Notes under the pieces: model-generated
Databases searched by the model: none
What the model was told of the DNA's origin: nothing
What the model saw: only the letters and a program-made list of their open reading frames with translations
Translations under genes and position numbers: made by a program
Shown here: piece after piece, positions 10,258 to 21,158 of the stretch
How the letters are laid out: each line of letters begins with the position of its first letter
How positions within the stretch are numbered: the stretch's first letter is position 1
DNA from: Rebecca billardiae RCC1528
Lineage: Eukaryota > Protista > Haptophyta
Length of the DNA: 64,000 nt
Assembly: GCA_965240325.2 (NCBI GenBank)
Contig: OZ251228.1
Coordinates: forward strand, 1,550,001-1,614,000
Direction: 5' to 3'

Positions 10258-11595
10258 TTATGACTCATCACATCCTCCAGCCTTGTCGAGCAGCCGAATG
10301 AGCGAAGAGTCATCAGGCAGCCGCAAGTCGAGCGCTCGCATCGTGCGCAGCATATCCTCCGGTGGTGGCGCACACACGACCAGTCGGGGGCTGGCGCTGT
10401 TGCAGGGCTCGTCGTTCGGCTCAGCGGCCGGCGAGACGCCCCCTGCGTGCACGGGCCGATCGCACTCCAGGCGCCAGGCGTGCAGCGCGTGCCGATCCAG
10501 CAGCTTGCTCTGCACTCCGTACACGTCGTCAGCGAGCAGTGGCAGCCCGGCATGCGCCGCGTGGATTCGGATCTGGTGTGTGCGGCCGGTGAGTGGCCGG
10601 GCCATCAGCAGCGCCGTGCACCCGCTCACGTCGAGCACGCAGAAGCGCGTGATGGCCTCCTTGCCGTCCGCATGCACGGCGTGACGCGAGCGGTCGGCAC
10701 GCGCGATGCCCTCGCGCACGTCGAACCACTGGCTGGCGCCGTCGCGGCGCGCGGCCACAGCCTCGAGCGCAGCGGCCGCGGCATCGCCCGCCCGCGACTG
10801 CTCGGCTGGCGCGACTTGGCACAGCGCGAGGTACGTCTTGCAGACGGTGCCGGGCTTCCTGAACTGCTCGGCCAGCTCGATCGACGCGTCGCGCCGCTTG
10901 GCGAAGATGGCCACGCCGCTCGTGTTGTAGTCGAGGCGGTGCACCACAAACGGGCCCTGCACGCTCGAAGTGTCCGCAGCCGAGCCCGCCGACGCCTCGA
11001 CGTGGTGGCGCGCGCGGTTGACGAGCGCGCCACCGCGGTGGCGGTTACGGGGCGTCATGGGCACCCTTGGCGGCTTGGCCACGGCCAGCACGGCGTCATC
11101 CTCGTACAGCACGCGCACGCCCGCCGCGTCCGGGACGGCCGGCAGCGCCTGCAGGACGATCTGGACGATCTCGGCGACGCGGTACGGCTCCAGATCGACC
11201 AGCGCGCCGATCTGCTCGACCGACGCCTGCGCCGCGCCGTCGAAGCCGAAGCGGTGCCGCATGATGCGGGCCTCGACGGTCTCCGCGCCGTATCGCTGCC
11301 GGATGTGCTCCCAGACGCCCTGCGCGTCCTCCGCCCACGTGGCGGGATCGAGCACATCCGGACAGCACCGCGCCATGTGGCGGCGCCAGTTCTTCATGCG
11401 CGTGCCACACGCGGGGCAGCTGGTCTCCTCGCCCATCCGGCTGCGGCTTGCGACGCTGGCATCCCACACGGGTGGCTTGCCCGCCTGCTGCGCCGATGTG
11501 ATCATGCTCCGCGCGCCCGAGGCGGTGCACCGGTGGTGCGGCGCGGTGAGCACGTGCGCCACGCGCACGAGCATCTGCAACGCAAGTGGGCACAT
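10258..11595 (-). CDS. RluA-family RNA pseudouridine synthase with N-terminal Cys/His knuckle and sigma70 region-4-like HTH; probably organelle-targeted
   Basis: Motifs VLYEDDAVLAVAKP, catalytic VHRLDYNTSG, KTYLA, PLTGRTHQIRIH, DDVYG and HALHAWRL. Confidence 0.9.
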   Translation of the reverse strand: MCPLALQMLVRVAHVLTAPHHRCTASGARSMITSAQQAGKPPVWDASVASRSRMGEETSCPACGTRMKNWRRHMARCCPDVLDPATWAEDAQGVWEHIRQRYGAETVEARIMRHRFGFDGAAQASVEQIGALVDLEPYRVAEIVQIVLQALPAVPDAAGVRVLYEDDAVLAVAKPPRVPMTPRNRHRGGALVNRARHHVEASAGSAADTSSVQGPFVVHRLDYNTSGVAIFAKRRDASIELAEQFRKPGTVCKTYLALCQVAPAEQSRAGDAAAAALEAVAARRDGASQWFDVREGIARADRSRHAVHADGKEAITRFCVLDVSGCTALLMARPLTGRTHQIRIHAAHAGLPLLADDVYGVQSKLLDRHALHAWRLECDRPVHAGGVSPAAEPNDEPCNSASPRLVVCAPPPEDMLRTMRALDLRLPDDSSLIRLLDKAGGCDES

Positions 11596-11600
11596 CGTGC

Positions 11601-11741
11601 TCACTGATTCCCACTTGCAATGTCACGCAGAACGGCCTCGCGCATGCGCTCGCGCTCGGCTGCTTGCGAGTAGTGCACGTACGCGATCGTCGCGACGGTG
11701 AAGGCCGTGCACGCAGCCAGGATCCGATGAGCTGGGCGCAT
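11601..11741 (-). CDS. PET117: Cytochrome c oxidase assembly factor PET117-like microprotein (46 aa)
   Basis: MRPAHRILAACTAFTVATIAYVHYSQAAERERMREAVLRDI fits the Pet117 pattern: TM helix, VH..Q..ER..M...V.RD. Confidence 0.75.
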   Translation of the reverse strand: MRPAHRILAACTAFTVATIAYVHYSQAAERERMREAVLRDIASGNQ

Positions 11742-12391
11742 GATCGGCCCGCGCACGCACCGCGTGGCCAGTCCACTCTGCCATTCATTCTCGACGCAGA
11801 TCTTGCTTGCTGCATCAATGGGAAATGGGCAAATGGCAGTGCTTGGTACCGTGCAGAGCAGCATTGCACCGCAAGCTTTGACCCATTGATGATTTTATGA
11901 CCACCACCCGCTCGCTCGCCAGCACTGGTTGGTTTGCTGCGGCCTGCGTGCTGCTGACGACTGCTTTCCAGCAATCTGCTGAGTCTGGATCTCGGCGATC
12001 TCGCGCGCGTCCCCGGAGCAGGCCGCAGCCGCCGCAGGGGCGCTCGCGAGCCACTCCGTGTCACAGAGTGCTCAGCCTCGTACTACTACTAGTGCAGTCT
12101 CGCAGTCACATCACCGCCAGCGCCCGAACAGGCCGAACACCGTATATACACGGGGCACTACACGGCTGCCACTCATCCGAGACTCACCAGTACTCACTCA
12201 CAGTCTCACTATTACTAACTCAGGCTCAGCGGCTGAGCGGCTCAGCCGCTCAGCCGGTGCGCGGCGGCGGCGGCTGACACGTCTCGGCACTGGCGAGTAG
12301 CTACGGCTGATAAAGCGCCAGCTTCAGTGACTCCTGAGCCACTCTGACTGGTGCGCACGTAGCATGCAAGCTAATAATAATCTCTGATGAG

Positions 12392-14328
12392 CTAGTATCG
12401 TGCTGAGCCGTACCGCCTGCTGGCCGCCGCGCTGCCGCGTGACGCGTACGCCGACAGGGAGGACGACAAGGGTGCCCGCGCCGGGGGCGCGTCGGGTTGC
12501 GGGATCGTCTTCGTGGTGCCGCCCTCGAGCGCGTCGTAGTGCACGCCTGCAGTCACGGGGCCAGGAGCGCAAGGACGGCGCGCCGCGATCAGACGGAAGG
12601 TCCTGGCCCGCTCGATGTGGCGCGGTCATGCCTCGCACAGCGACACGCGCGCGGGGCGCGCGCGAGTGCGCGCAAGACAGCGCACGGGGCGGGCGCGCCG
12701 CGAGACGCACCTCCTCGGTACAGGACGTTCACGGTCACATCCGCGTCGGGGCACACAAACTGGCTGATGCGCTTGAGCGAGTCCGAGCCGCGCAGCGCGC
12801 CCTGCTCGTACACGCTCACGTTGACACGCTTCATCTGCGAGACAGCCGCGAGCTCGATGCCGCCGCCCCACTGCCCGCCCGCAGACATGCGCCGAGCGTA
12901 CGTGCCCACCGCGGTGCCCGAGTCCCACCGGACCCACTCCTTGAGCGGCGTCGACGAGATCTTGGTGTCGGCGTGCGCCTCGATCCACGAGGCGATCTCG
13001 CGGCGGAGCGAGCCAGCGCTCGAGCCGTCGCGCAGCCCGTGGCACAGCGAGTGGAAGAGGCAGTTGCCGTCGCCCGGCTGCGGCCGGATGCGCGCGCCCA
13101 CCAGCACGACCGCGCGCCCGTCCTCGTCGTCGCCGCCTGAGCCGAGCCCGCTCGGCCGGCGCAGCCGCGCGTCCGGGTGGTCGTCGCGCTCGTTCGGGAA
13201 GTGCGGGCAGCGGTTCGTCTGGTGCTTGCCGTCGCACTTGTCGCACTTGAGCACCGCCCCCGAGCCGTCGCCGCCACCCGGCGGCGCGGGCGGAAGGGCG
13301 AGCATACGCTCGCGCGGCGGCCTGCCTGCGGCCGAGTGCGGACTGGACACGCTGGCGCTCGACGACGACGACGTGGCCGACGTGGTGAGCGAAGACGCCG
13401 CCGTGCTGCTCACCTTCGCCGCGTGCGACCCGGCGCCCGACGGCACAGCCGCGCCCAAGCCCAGATCGACGCTGCTGCCGCGGCGGAGCGTGCTGGCGCC
13501 GGGCTGCGGCGGCGCGTGCCGGTCAGGAAGGAGCGAGCGGGGCGCGGCTGAGGAAGGGTCCCGTCGGTCGGCACCTTGCGTGGGCACCGGGTAGCGGTGC
13601 GATGTCGAGTGCGCACTCGACCGCTGGCACCCAACACCGACGGTCCCACCGCCGCCCAGCTCGGCGCCGCCCGGCGCGCTGCGCGCGCCCCAGTCGAGGC
13701 CGGCGCCACTCCCCCTGCGCGAGCCGCTGCCGCCGGAGGCGCCGCCGGAGGCGGCCACGCCACCGGCGCGCGGGGCCTCGCCGGTGCGCCGTCCCACCCG
13801 CGCACTGGAGACACGCGTCTCGCCCACGGCCGACGCGCCGCGCGACCCCGCGCCGGCAGCGCCGCCAATGTTGGCCAGGTGGACGCGCGCCTGGGCCGTC
13901 GCCGGCGTGTAGGCGGGTGGCATGGTGGAAGCCAGCAAGCTCGTCGCCGCTGGCTGGCGGGCGCGCGTGCCAGAGAGCTTGGCTTGCGGCTTGTCGCCCG
14001 CGCTCGAAAAGCTGCCCGACTGCGGCTCGCCAGCTCGTGGCAGCGTGTGCTGCAAATGCTCATTCCGTAAGGTGCCGATGCGGCCGTTGCCCGCCCCGCC
14101 GATGCTTGTAGAGGACGCGCCAAACCGGCTCGACGAGTCCATCTGCGGCCGAGCCGAGGACTGTAACAATATCGCCACGCCTTCGGCCTGCGACCCCGGC
14201 GGCCTGCGTGGTAGGCTGCCATTCCTAGCCGCCTGGCTGCTGCCCAATCGGGCGCCGGATCCACTTCGCGAGCGGCTGCGCGGCACGGGGACGGCTGTTG
14301 GCGCGTACGCGCCGGTGTGCCCGTACAT
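12392..14328 (-). CDS. OTU-family cysteine protease/deubiquitinase with a CxxC...H...C knuckle (intron 12547-12710; start uncertain)
   Basis: Cys loop GDGNCLFHSL, WGGGIEL, and spliced His box YRGG|VHYDAL. CDKCDGKHQTNRC lies upstream, after a long disordered N-terminus. Confidence 0.85.
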
Positions 14329-14551
14329 GGGCCTCGGTGGCAGCCAAGATGGCCTGCTTTTCTTGGGCGCTTCACCGTCACGACGGTCAGCAGCAGTGAA
14401 GCGCCGCGGGAGTAACCGGGGGAAGTGATGCACCTTGCCTTGCTGGTGCTCACTCGGCCACTCAAGTAGTTCTGTGGGGCGGCCGTCAAGACAGTCCGGC
14501 TGCCGTCCCTGGAATCTCTCGATCGCTCGGCAGCTTGACGAACTACAGAAC

Positions 14552-15664
14552 CAAGGGGAGTCAGGGTACAGCACGTCCAGTTGGGCTGCAGCTGGAGCTT
14601 GGGTCCAAAAGCTTCCCGCGGCGCAGCGGCACTCGCCGCCGCCGCCGCCGTCGAGGGGCGGTTGTGGCGCGCACGGCGTGAGCCGCTGCGGGCGCTGAGG
14701 TGCGCGCGACGGCGGCGCGCCCGGCGGCGCTGCTGTAGGAGGCCACTGCCCTCCTCTCTGCCCCGCGCGCTTCGCTCGTCGTCGCCGTCTCCGCGCCTGC
14801 GACTCAGCGCGCACGCGAGCGCGGCACCGCCCGGCCGCCGGGGCAATCTCAGCCGTGACTGCGCATGTGCGTCGCGACCTGGTCGGCCCAGCGCGCGAGG
14901 CGCGTGTGGGCGAGGTAGGGCCAGTATGGGCGCGCGCCATGCCGCCTCGACCTTGCGCCGGTGGGCATGTCGCGGGCCTTGCACCTCTGTCGACAACGTT
15001 GACAAACATGTGGCACCCAAGCGCAGACGTCAGTGTGCACGATCGAGGCAGTAGGCGTACAGACGCCATAGTTGCAGAGCCTTTTGTGATCGTTCGAAAC
15101 ATACATCGTCAGTGGCTCTCGTCCAGGTCGTCTGCGCGCGGAACTGACGTTTTGACTGAGTGCCTCGAAATCGCCTCGACGATGGCCCGTGCATTGCTTG
15201 AACACAGTCCAAGCGGCCAACCAGACACGCGTGCTCAGTCTCCTGATGTACGCTCTGATGGTTACTAGAGGCGGCATGGCGCGCGCCCATACTGGCCCTA
15301 CCTCGCCCACACGCGCCTCGCGCGCTGGGCCGACCAGGTCGCGACGCACATGCGCAGTCACGGCTGAGATTGCCCCGGCGGCCGGGCGGTGCGGCGCTCG
15401 CGTGCGCGCTGAGTCGCAGGCGCGGAGACGGCGACGACGAGCGAAGCGCGCGGGGCAGAGAGGAGGGCAGAGGCCTCCTACAGCAGCGCCGCCGGGCGCG
15501 CCGCCGTCGCGCGCACCTCAGCGCCCGCAGTGGCTCACGCCGTGCGCGCCACAACCGCCCCTCGACGGCGGCGGCGGCGGCGAGTGCCGCTGCGCCGCGG
15601 GAAGCTTTTGGACCCAAGCTCCAGCTGCAGCCCAACTGGACGTGCTGTACCCTGACTCCCCTTG
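14552..15664. mobile_element. Non-autonomous foldback/MITE with ~397-bp TIRs and a 7-bp TSD
   Basis: Arms 14552-14948 and 15268-15664 are near-perfect inverted repeats beginning CAAGGGGAG. ACAGAAC is duplicated at 14545-14551 and 15665-15671. Confidence 0.93.
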
Positions 15665-15750
15665 ACAGAACAGAGGTCCGGACGCGCTGCGGCGAGCGTC
15701 TCGGTGGTCCAGTCAGCACGGGAGGCTGCCGCCAATCCGCTGCCTGCCTC

Positions 15751-16571
15751 ATGCGCAACTTGGTCGAGACGCGTGCAGCCCCGGGGCTTGACGCGGACCA
15801 GTGGTACGAGATCGGTTACGATGCGCTCATCACGACGGCAGTCATGACGGCAGCACTAGTTCCCGCCCTGGTCCTCGAACGAGGTGCGCATGCGCGCCGC
15901 ACGCGCGCCGCGCGCCGAACATATTGAGCTCTTACCATCCCGCTGTGGATGTGCGCCGCTTGCCCGCGGCCGTACGCGCAGCCAAGCGCGTGGATAACAA
16001 GGCAGTATCATATGCCATGTCTCTCGCCTGCTCGTTTGCCATGACTGTCTCGGGCGCGTGCACGGCCGTGCCAACGTTTGCGGGGCACGGGTTTGACATC
16101 ATTGAGATGCTCGTCGACTCGCGCTTCGACCGCTTCATGCTGACTTTTTTCAGCACCTACCTGGTGCTCGACCTGGTCTACGGGGTGGCCTTGTACCGGA
16201 GGCAGATTGATATGCTCACCGGCTGGGTGCACCACGCCGCCTACCTCTGGCTGATGGCGTACCTGCACTGGTACCACATCCCGCGCGGTTTCTCGCTCTT
16301 CCTGATCGAGGAGCTGCCGACCAGCCTGCTCGCGCTCGGCAACGTCGCTCGCGGGTGGCGGACAAATATCCTGTTTGGTGCCTCATTCGCCTCCACCCGT
16401 CTGTTGTGGCACGGGATGCTCCTCATCAAGTTTTGGAATGCGAGATCTCGCACGGATCTGACACTTTGGCCACCGATTGCGGTGACGATGGCGCTACACG
16501 TGCACTGGTTTTCGGGGTTCGTCGCACAGCAGCTGCGCCGCGCTCGTCGCTCGGCGAGAGCTCGGGCGTGA
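15751..16571 (+). CDS. TLC (TRAM/LAG1/CLN8) domain membrane protein (intron 15884-15981)
   Basis: Multi-TM protein with YLVLD, WVHH, ELPTSLL, FASTRL and LHVHWF motifs. Confidence 0.8.
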
Positions 16572-17610
16572 GCGAAGCGCCCTGAGTGGGAGCCGCGCCG
16601 GAGGTCCTACGCTCAGATTGGTCTCGTCTGCGTCACACCGACGAGGCCAGCTCAGTATGGCACTCGGAGCGAGTGTACCTCGGCCTGCCTCGGGGAATCT
16701 GATCACTGACGGCCAGGCCGCGCTGAGCGGTGACCGGCGTGATCACTGACACTGCTGACCACAGATCTGACGATGCTGCAGTCTCTGAGACTGAGATCAG
16801 CACCAGGCGACACGCCGACACGGCGCCGCTCTGATGACAGATGAGCGGGACTACTCCGGCCTCCGGGGCTCCGGGCGCACTCTGCGGGCACTCGTCTGCG
16901 CAGCTCTAGCAGGCGGCCGATCGCGTCTGGGCCGCCTGGCGTCGCCGACGTCACTGTCAGTCAACGGTGATCGTCAGGCAGAATCCGAGCAGGAGACCCG
17001 CATCAGCAGAATCCGATGAGCAGGATTAGACCCGCGTCGTCCTACCTCAGCATGTCGTCGTTAAATCCGATAGACGAATGCGGAATCGGGAATGTATAAT
17101 AATAAGCGATCCCGGGTATCGTCGACATCCAGTGTGATAGATCAGTGATATATATATAGCGCTGCTGCTATGCATAGCTTATATATGACTTATTTCTTGT
17201 GAGCAATATAATAATAGTTACAACTTTAATTCAGGGCTGGGCCTCGTGTCCCTCATTCAAGGACAAGGAGTATGATGACTCGGATCATCACGCCCACGGA
17301 TATAGTATTCAGTATGGTGCCCATCTAATGGCAGCCTGGCAGGCATGGCAGCTAAGCCGCCACGGGCCCGCGTGAGATTGAGACGACGACGAATGGCGCC
17401 ACGAGTCGCGGATCGAGTCAGGAGTGAGACTGGCAGGAGTGAGACTCTGCTGCTGATAGGCACTCCGCCCATCAGCACCTAGGGCCCCTCTGCTGATGGG
17501 CGGAGTGCAGGAGTGCCCGCCGAGTGGCACTGGGGATCAGACAAAGAGTAGCGCGGGGGCCGCGGCTGGCAGGAGCGGGCGTCCGCTGTGCGCTGTCGTG
17601 GTGCTCATCG

Positions 17611-18561
17611 TCATCCGAGCGCTTCGTGATGCGTCGTAGTAGCCGCGCACGGAAGCGGGCAGCGTAAGCGCAGCTCCCGCCGACGGCGCAGCGGGCACGC
17701 GCCCGACTGATCGACACCATACTTACGCACATCGCTCCAGAATCTCGCCAGGGCAAACTTGTACAAGGGGCCGTCCAACTCTGAGTCCATGGGCAGCCCA
17801 CTCAGGTCGTCGTTTACCACTGCGCGGGCCTCCGCGGAGCGCTCAACCTGCCCACCACGACCGGCGGTGGACGTGGGGCGCATGTTCTTGAGCTGCGCCC
17901 GCGTGACAAAGGCTAGGCCTGTCGTGAGCTTGTTGAACAAGCAGATGCTGAGCTGCCACTCGCGCTGAATCCCAACGAATCGGAAGCGCGACACGCGGGC
18001 CATGGCTGTACGCGTGGCGGCTTGCCGCTGCCCAAGGGTCGCATTCGCAAACACCGCCGACATGCACCCAAAGCCGAGGACCATGGCCACCTGGCAGCCG
18101 ACAAACGGGCCGAGGACTCGGTCCGGCGGCTGGCCCTGGGCTGCGGCAGCCTTGACGCGCGCTTCCTGCGATGCCGTCCATCCCCAGTCGGATCCGCAGC
18201 AGCGAGGCTGGACAGCGAGCCATCGGTATGCCGACAGCAGCCGCTCCTCTGGCTGCCGGAACATTGCACCAACGAGCTCTGCGTCCGCAGCGCGTCGCAG
18301 GGGGACGTGGTTGTCCTCGACAGCGTCCTTGGCGTACTCTCGGCCTCCAAACATGCCCACCGAGGCGCAGAAGCTCGTGCCCGCCTTCGGAAAGTGCAGA
18401 AACTCGGTCGGCCGCACCCCTTGCGGGCAGGGATTGGCGCCGCACGTGGCAATATGCGACGCATTCGACGCGAGGCAGCCAATGCGCACAGCGTCCGCGA
18501 CCTGCTCACGAACAAAGCACAGAGAGACCAGCAGCGCGATCCAGACCGTCGACGACCTCAT
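17611..18561 (-). CDS. Golgi-type carbohydrate sulfotransferase (Sulfotransfer_2/HS2ST-like)
   Basis: N-terminal signal anchor; 5'-PSB motif FLHFPKAGTS; 3'-PB motif MFRQPEERLLSAY; later FVGI and LDGPLYKFA. Confidence 0.82.
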   Translation of the reverse strand: MRSSTVWIALLVSLCFVREQVADAVRIGCLASNASHIATCGANPCPQGVRPTEFLHFPKAGTSFCASVGMFGGREYAKDAVEDNHVPLRRAADAELVGAMFRQPEERLLSAYRWLAVQPRCCGSDWGWTASQEARVKAAAAQGQPPDRVLGPFVGCQVAMVLGFGCMSAVFANATLGQRQAATRTAMARVSRFRFVGIQREWQLSICLFNKLTTGLAFVTRAQLKNMRPTSTAGRGGQVERSAEARAVVNDDLSGLPMDSELDGPLYKFALARFWSDVRKYGVDQSGACPLRRRRELRLRCPLPCAATTTHHEALG

Positions 18562-18819
18562 GATCGAGCCACGCCGACGGGCCGATCGCACCAGCAAAGT
18601 CCCGCCCAGTACCCCGCAGAGAAAGCCGCGTGCCCGCGTTCCATCCGCCCCGGCGCGGCGGTGCGTCCCGCGGCGGCGCGGCGTGCTGGCCGCTCCCGCG
18701 CGTTTACTTGTACTCAGGAGGGAGTCGCCGTTGGCCAGCCGCGCCTTGCCGACCCGCCGCCGCCGCGGCGCGCACGCCCGCGGTGCTCGTGCCGCCGTCG
18801 AGCAGTAGTTCCTGTGCCG

Positions 18820-20975
18820 ATGTGGCTGCTCACCGTGCTCGAGCCGCCGAGCGACGCGCACATGCGCCTGTGCCTGCCGACATCCGCAGCTCGGGAGTTC
18901 TCGATCGGGCGCAAGGAGTGCGACGTGACGTTTCCAAACGATCAGAAGGTGTCGCGTGTGCACGCGAAGCTGCGCGTCGAGCCGGCAGGCACGCCGGCCG
19001 CGCACGCGGGCAGCATACCGGTACCTGCGCTCACGCTCATCGACGTGTCACGCTGGGGCTCTTTCGTCCATGCCACCAAGGTGCTGAAGGCAGAGCACAC
19101 GCTCAGATCAGGAGATGTCGTCAGCGTCGGCGACCGCCGCTTCCGCCTGGACTGGCGGCCGGTGTGCGTGTGCTGCTCGCACGTGGATGCGAAGACGAAG
19201 GCGTTCGTCTCGAGCATGGCCGAGCGCGTGGGGGCGCAGGTCGTCGGCACCGTCTCTGAGCGCGTGACCCACCTGGTCATGGGGGTAGCCGCGACCACGC
19301 CCAAGCTGCTGCAGGCTCTGGCACGGGCGATCCCGGTCATCACGCCCTCGTGGCTGCAGGTGCGTTTCCTCACGCGCTGCGTGCCACTCGCGCCGCGCCC
19401 TGCGCCGAGCGTGCCCGCCGCCGCCGCTGACGCTGGTCCCGCGTCGCGTGCTGTCGGCGCGCGCGCGCACACGCGCGCAGGCACTGGAGGCAGCGCTCCG
19501 CAAGTGCGGCCAGCTGCCGGATCCTCTCGGCCCGGAGTACGTGCCGCCGTCGTCCTCGCGCGTGAACGCGCGCACCGCCGCGGAGCTCGCGCCGCAGCCA
19601 GCGCGCGCCGGCCTCTTCTCGCGCTACGCCTTCGACTTTTCGCCGCTGCTGGACTCGGGCGCGCCACGGCAGGATCGGGAGCTCGCGCCCCTCATGCGCG
19701 AGCTCGCCGCTCTGTGCGGGGGGCTGGTCGCTGCGGCGGAGGGCGGCGGCGAGGCGGGCGAGGCGGGCGCGCGGACGAGGGTGCGCGTCGAGCCGCTCGC
19801 CAGCGCGGCAGGGGCACCGCACGGCGGCCAGACGCAGCACATGGGCACGCAGGCGGAGGACGGAAGCGCGAGCGCGCGTGCGCGCGACAGGACATCATCA
19901 TCTCGTGTCACGACCGACACGATCAAGTTGTGCGTGCTGGCGGCCTCGCCCGCCCCGCTCGACGGCGTGCTGGCTGCGGCTGCAGCGAGCAGCGGCGATG
20001 GCCCGGGCGCGGGCGACATCTCTGCACGCGCTTCGGCTCCTGCCGAGGCGGATGCCTGCACCAACGCGCGAGCGCCCACGCCCACGCGCGCCGGCTCCGC
20101 TCCACCCACCTCGGCCTCAAAGCCGCGTGCTGCTGAGGGCCTCGCGCCAGCGCTCGCGCAGGGCAGGGGCGTGCGAGAAGCTGCTTCGCCGCCGGTTCCC
20201 GGGTCAGCCCCGCAGCCGGCTCCCTCGCCTCAGGCCGGGGCGCCGACGACGCACGCCACGCCTGCCGGCCCCGCGGAAGGGCGCGCGCTCGAGACTGACC
20301 CAAGCCGCCGCGCAGCGCAGCCGCGGGCCGAGGCGGCCGCGGAGTCAGCGGCTCGTGCGCCGACAGTGCCGTCGCCCTCTCCGCACCGCCGCCAGTCCGC
20401 CCCAGTCGTGGTCGCAGGCTGGCGCCGTCGCCGCACGCTCGCGCCGGTCGACGGCCATGATGCCGAGGACCCGAGCGCGCGGGGCCCCAGTGCAGATGCT
20501 AGCGCACACGACGACGAGCACGCTGCCCTGGACACGGACCGCGGCGCAGAGGAGGCGCCCGTGGTCACGCGACCTCTGCTCGTGCCGCCCGCGCCTTCGC
20601 GGACCAACACACCCCGTCCACAGCCCGGCGTGGTCACGTCGTCGGGTCGGCCGCACGGCAAGCGCTTCAGCAAGGTGCTGCTGTGCGAGCGAAGGCGTGG
20701 CCCCGCACGTGCGCACTTGCCATGCATTGCGTCACATAGCCCCTCCTCCCATCTTCCCTCCCCTTTGTGCCGCGCGCGCGCTGCAGGTGCCCGTTGCTCG
20801 CGCGTCGCGGGCGTACGTCCCGCTGCGCCCGTACGAGAACGAGGATGGAGAGGGTGGCGACGACTACATGCGCGAAGTCGAGGAGGAGCAGGCGTACGAG
20901 GAGCAGGCCGAAGGCCTCTACCGTGGCGTCGCTGACATCTCGAAGCCGGCAGCCAGCAAGAGGCGCAGGGTCTGA
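18820..20975 (+). CDS. NBS1: Nibrin/NBS1-like (FHA-BRCT; introns 19360-19480 and 20675-20786)
   Basis: FHA motifs IGRKECD and DQKVSRVHA; BRCT motifs VTHLV and TPKLLQALARAIPVITPSWL; Mre11-binding-like GKRFSK; acidic C-terminal EEQAEGLYR resembling the ATM-binding tail. Confidence 0.8.
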
Positions 20976-21158
20976 TGACGACGACTGATAAATAATAAAC
21001 TACAATGAAATATATATTTATTATAATTATATAAAATTATGACGCGAATATATAATCGTCTGGGCGGGCAATGCGCCTGCGGCGGACTCGCGCCGCCTAG
21101 CTAATAAATACTGGCTAATAATTAGCTAGGCTAATTCGTCGCAGTAAATAATTCGATT

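Noticed and set aside
14329-15102. N-terminal extension of the 837-aa OTU ORF
   Set aside because: It runs through the foldback element, so it is not part of the native gene.
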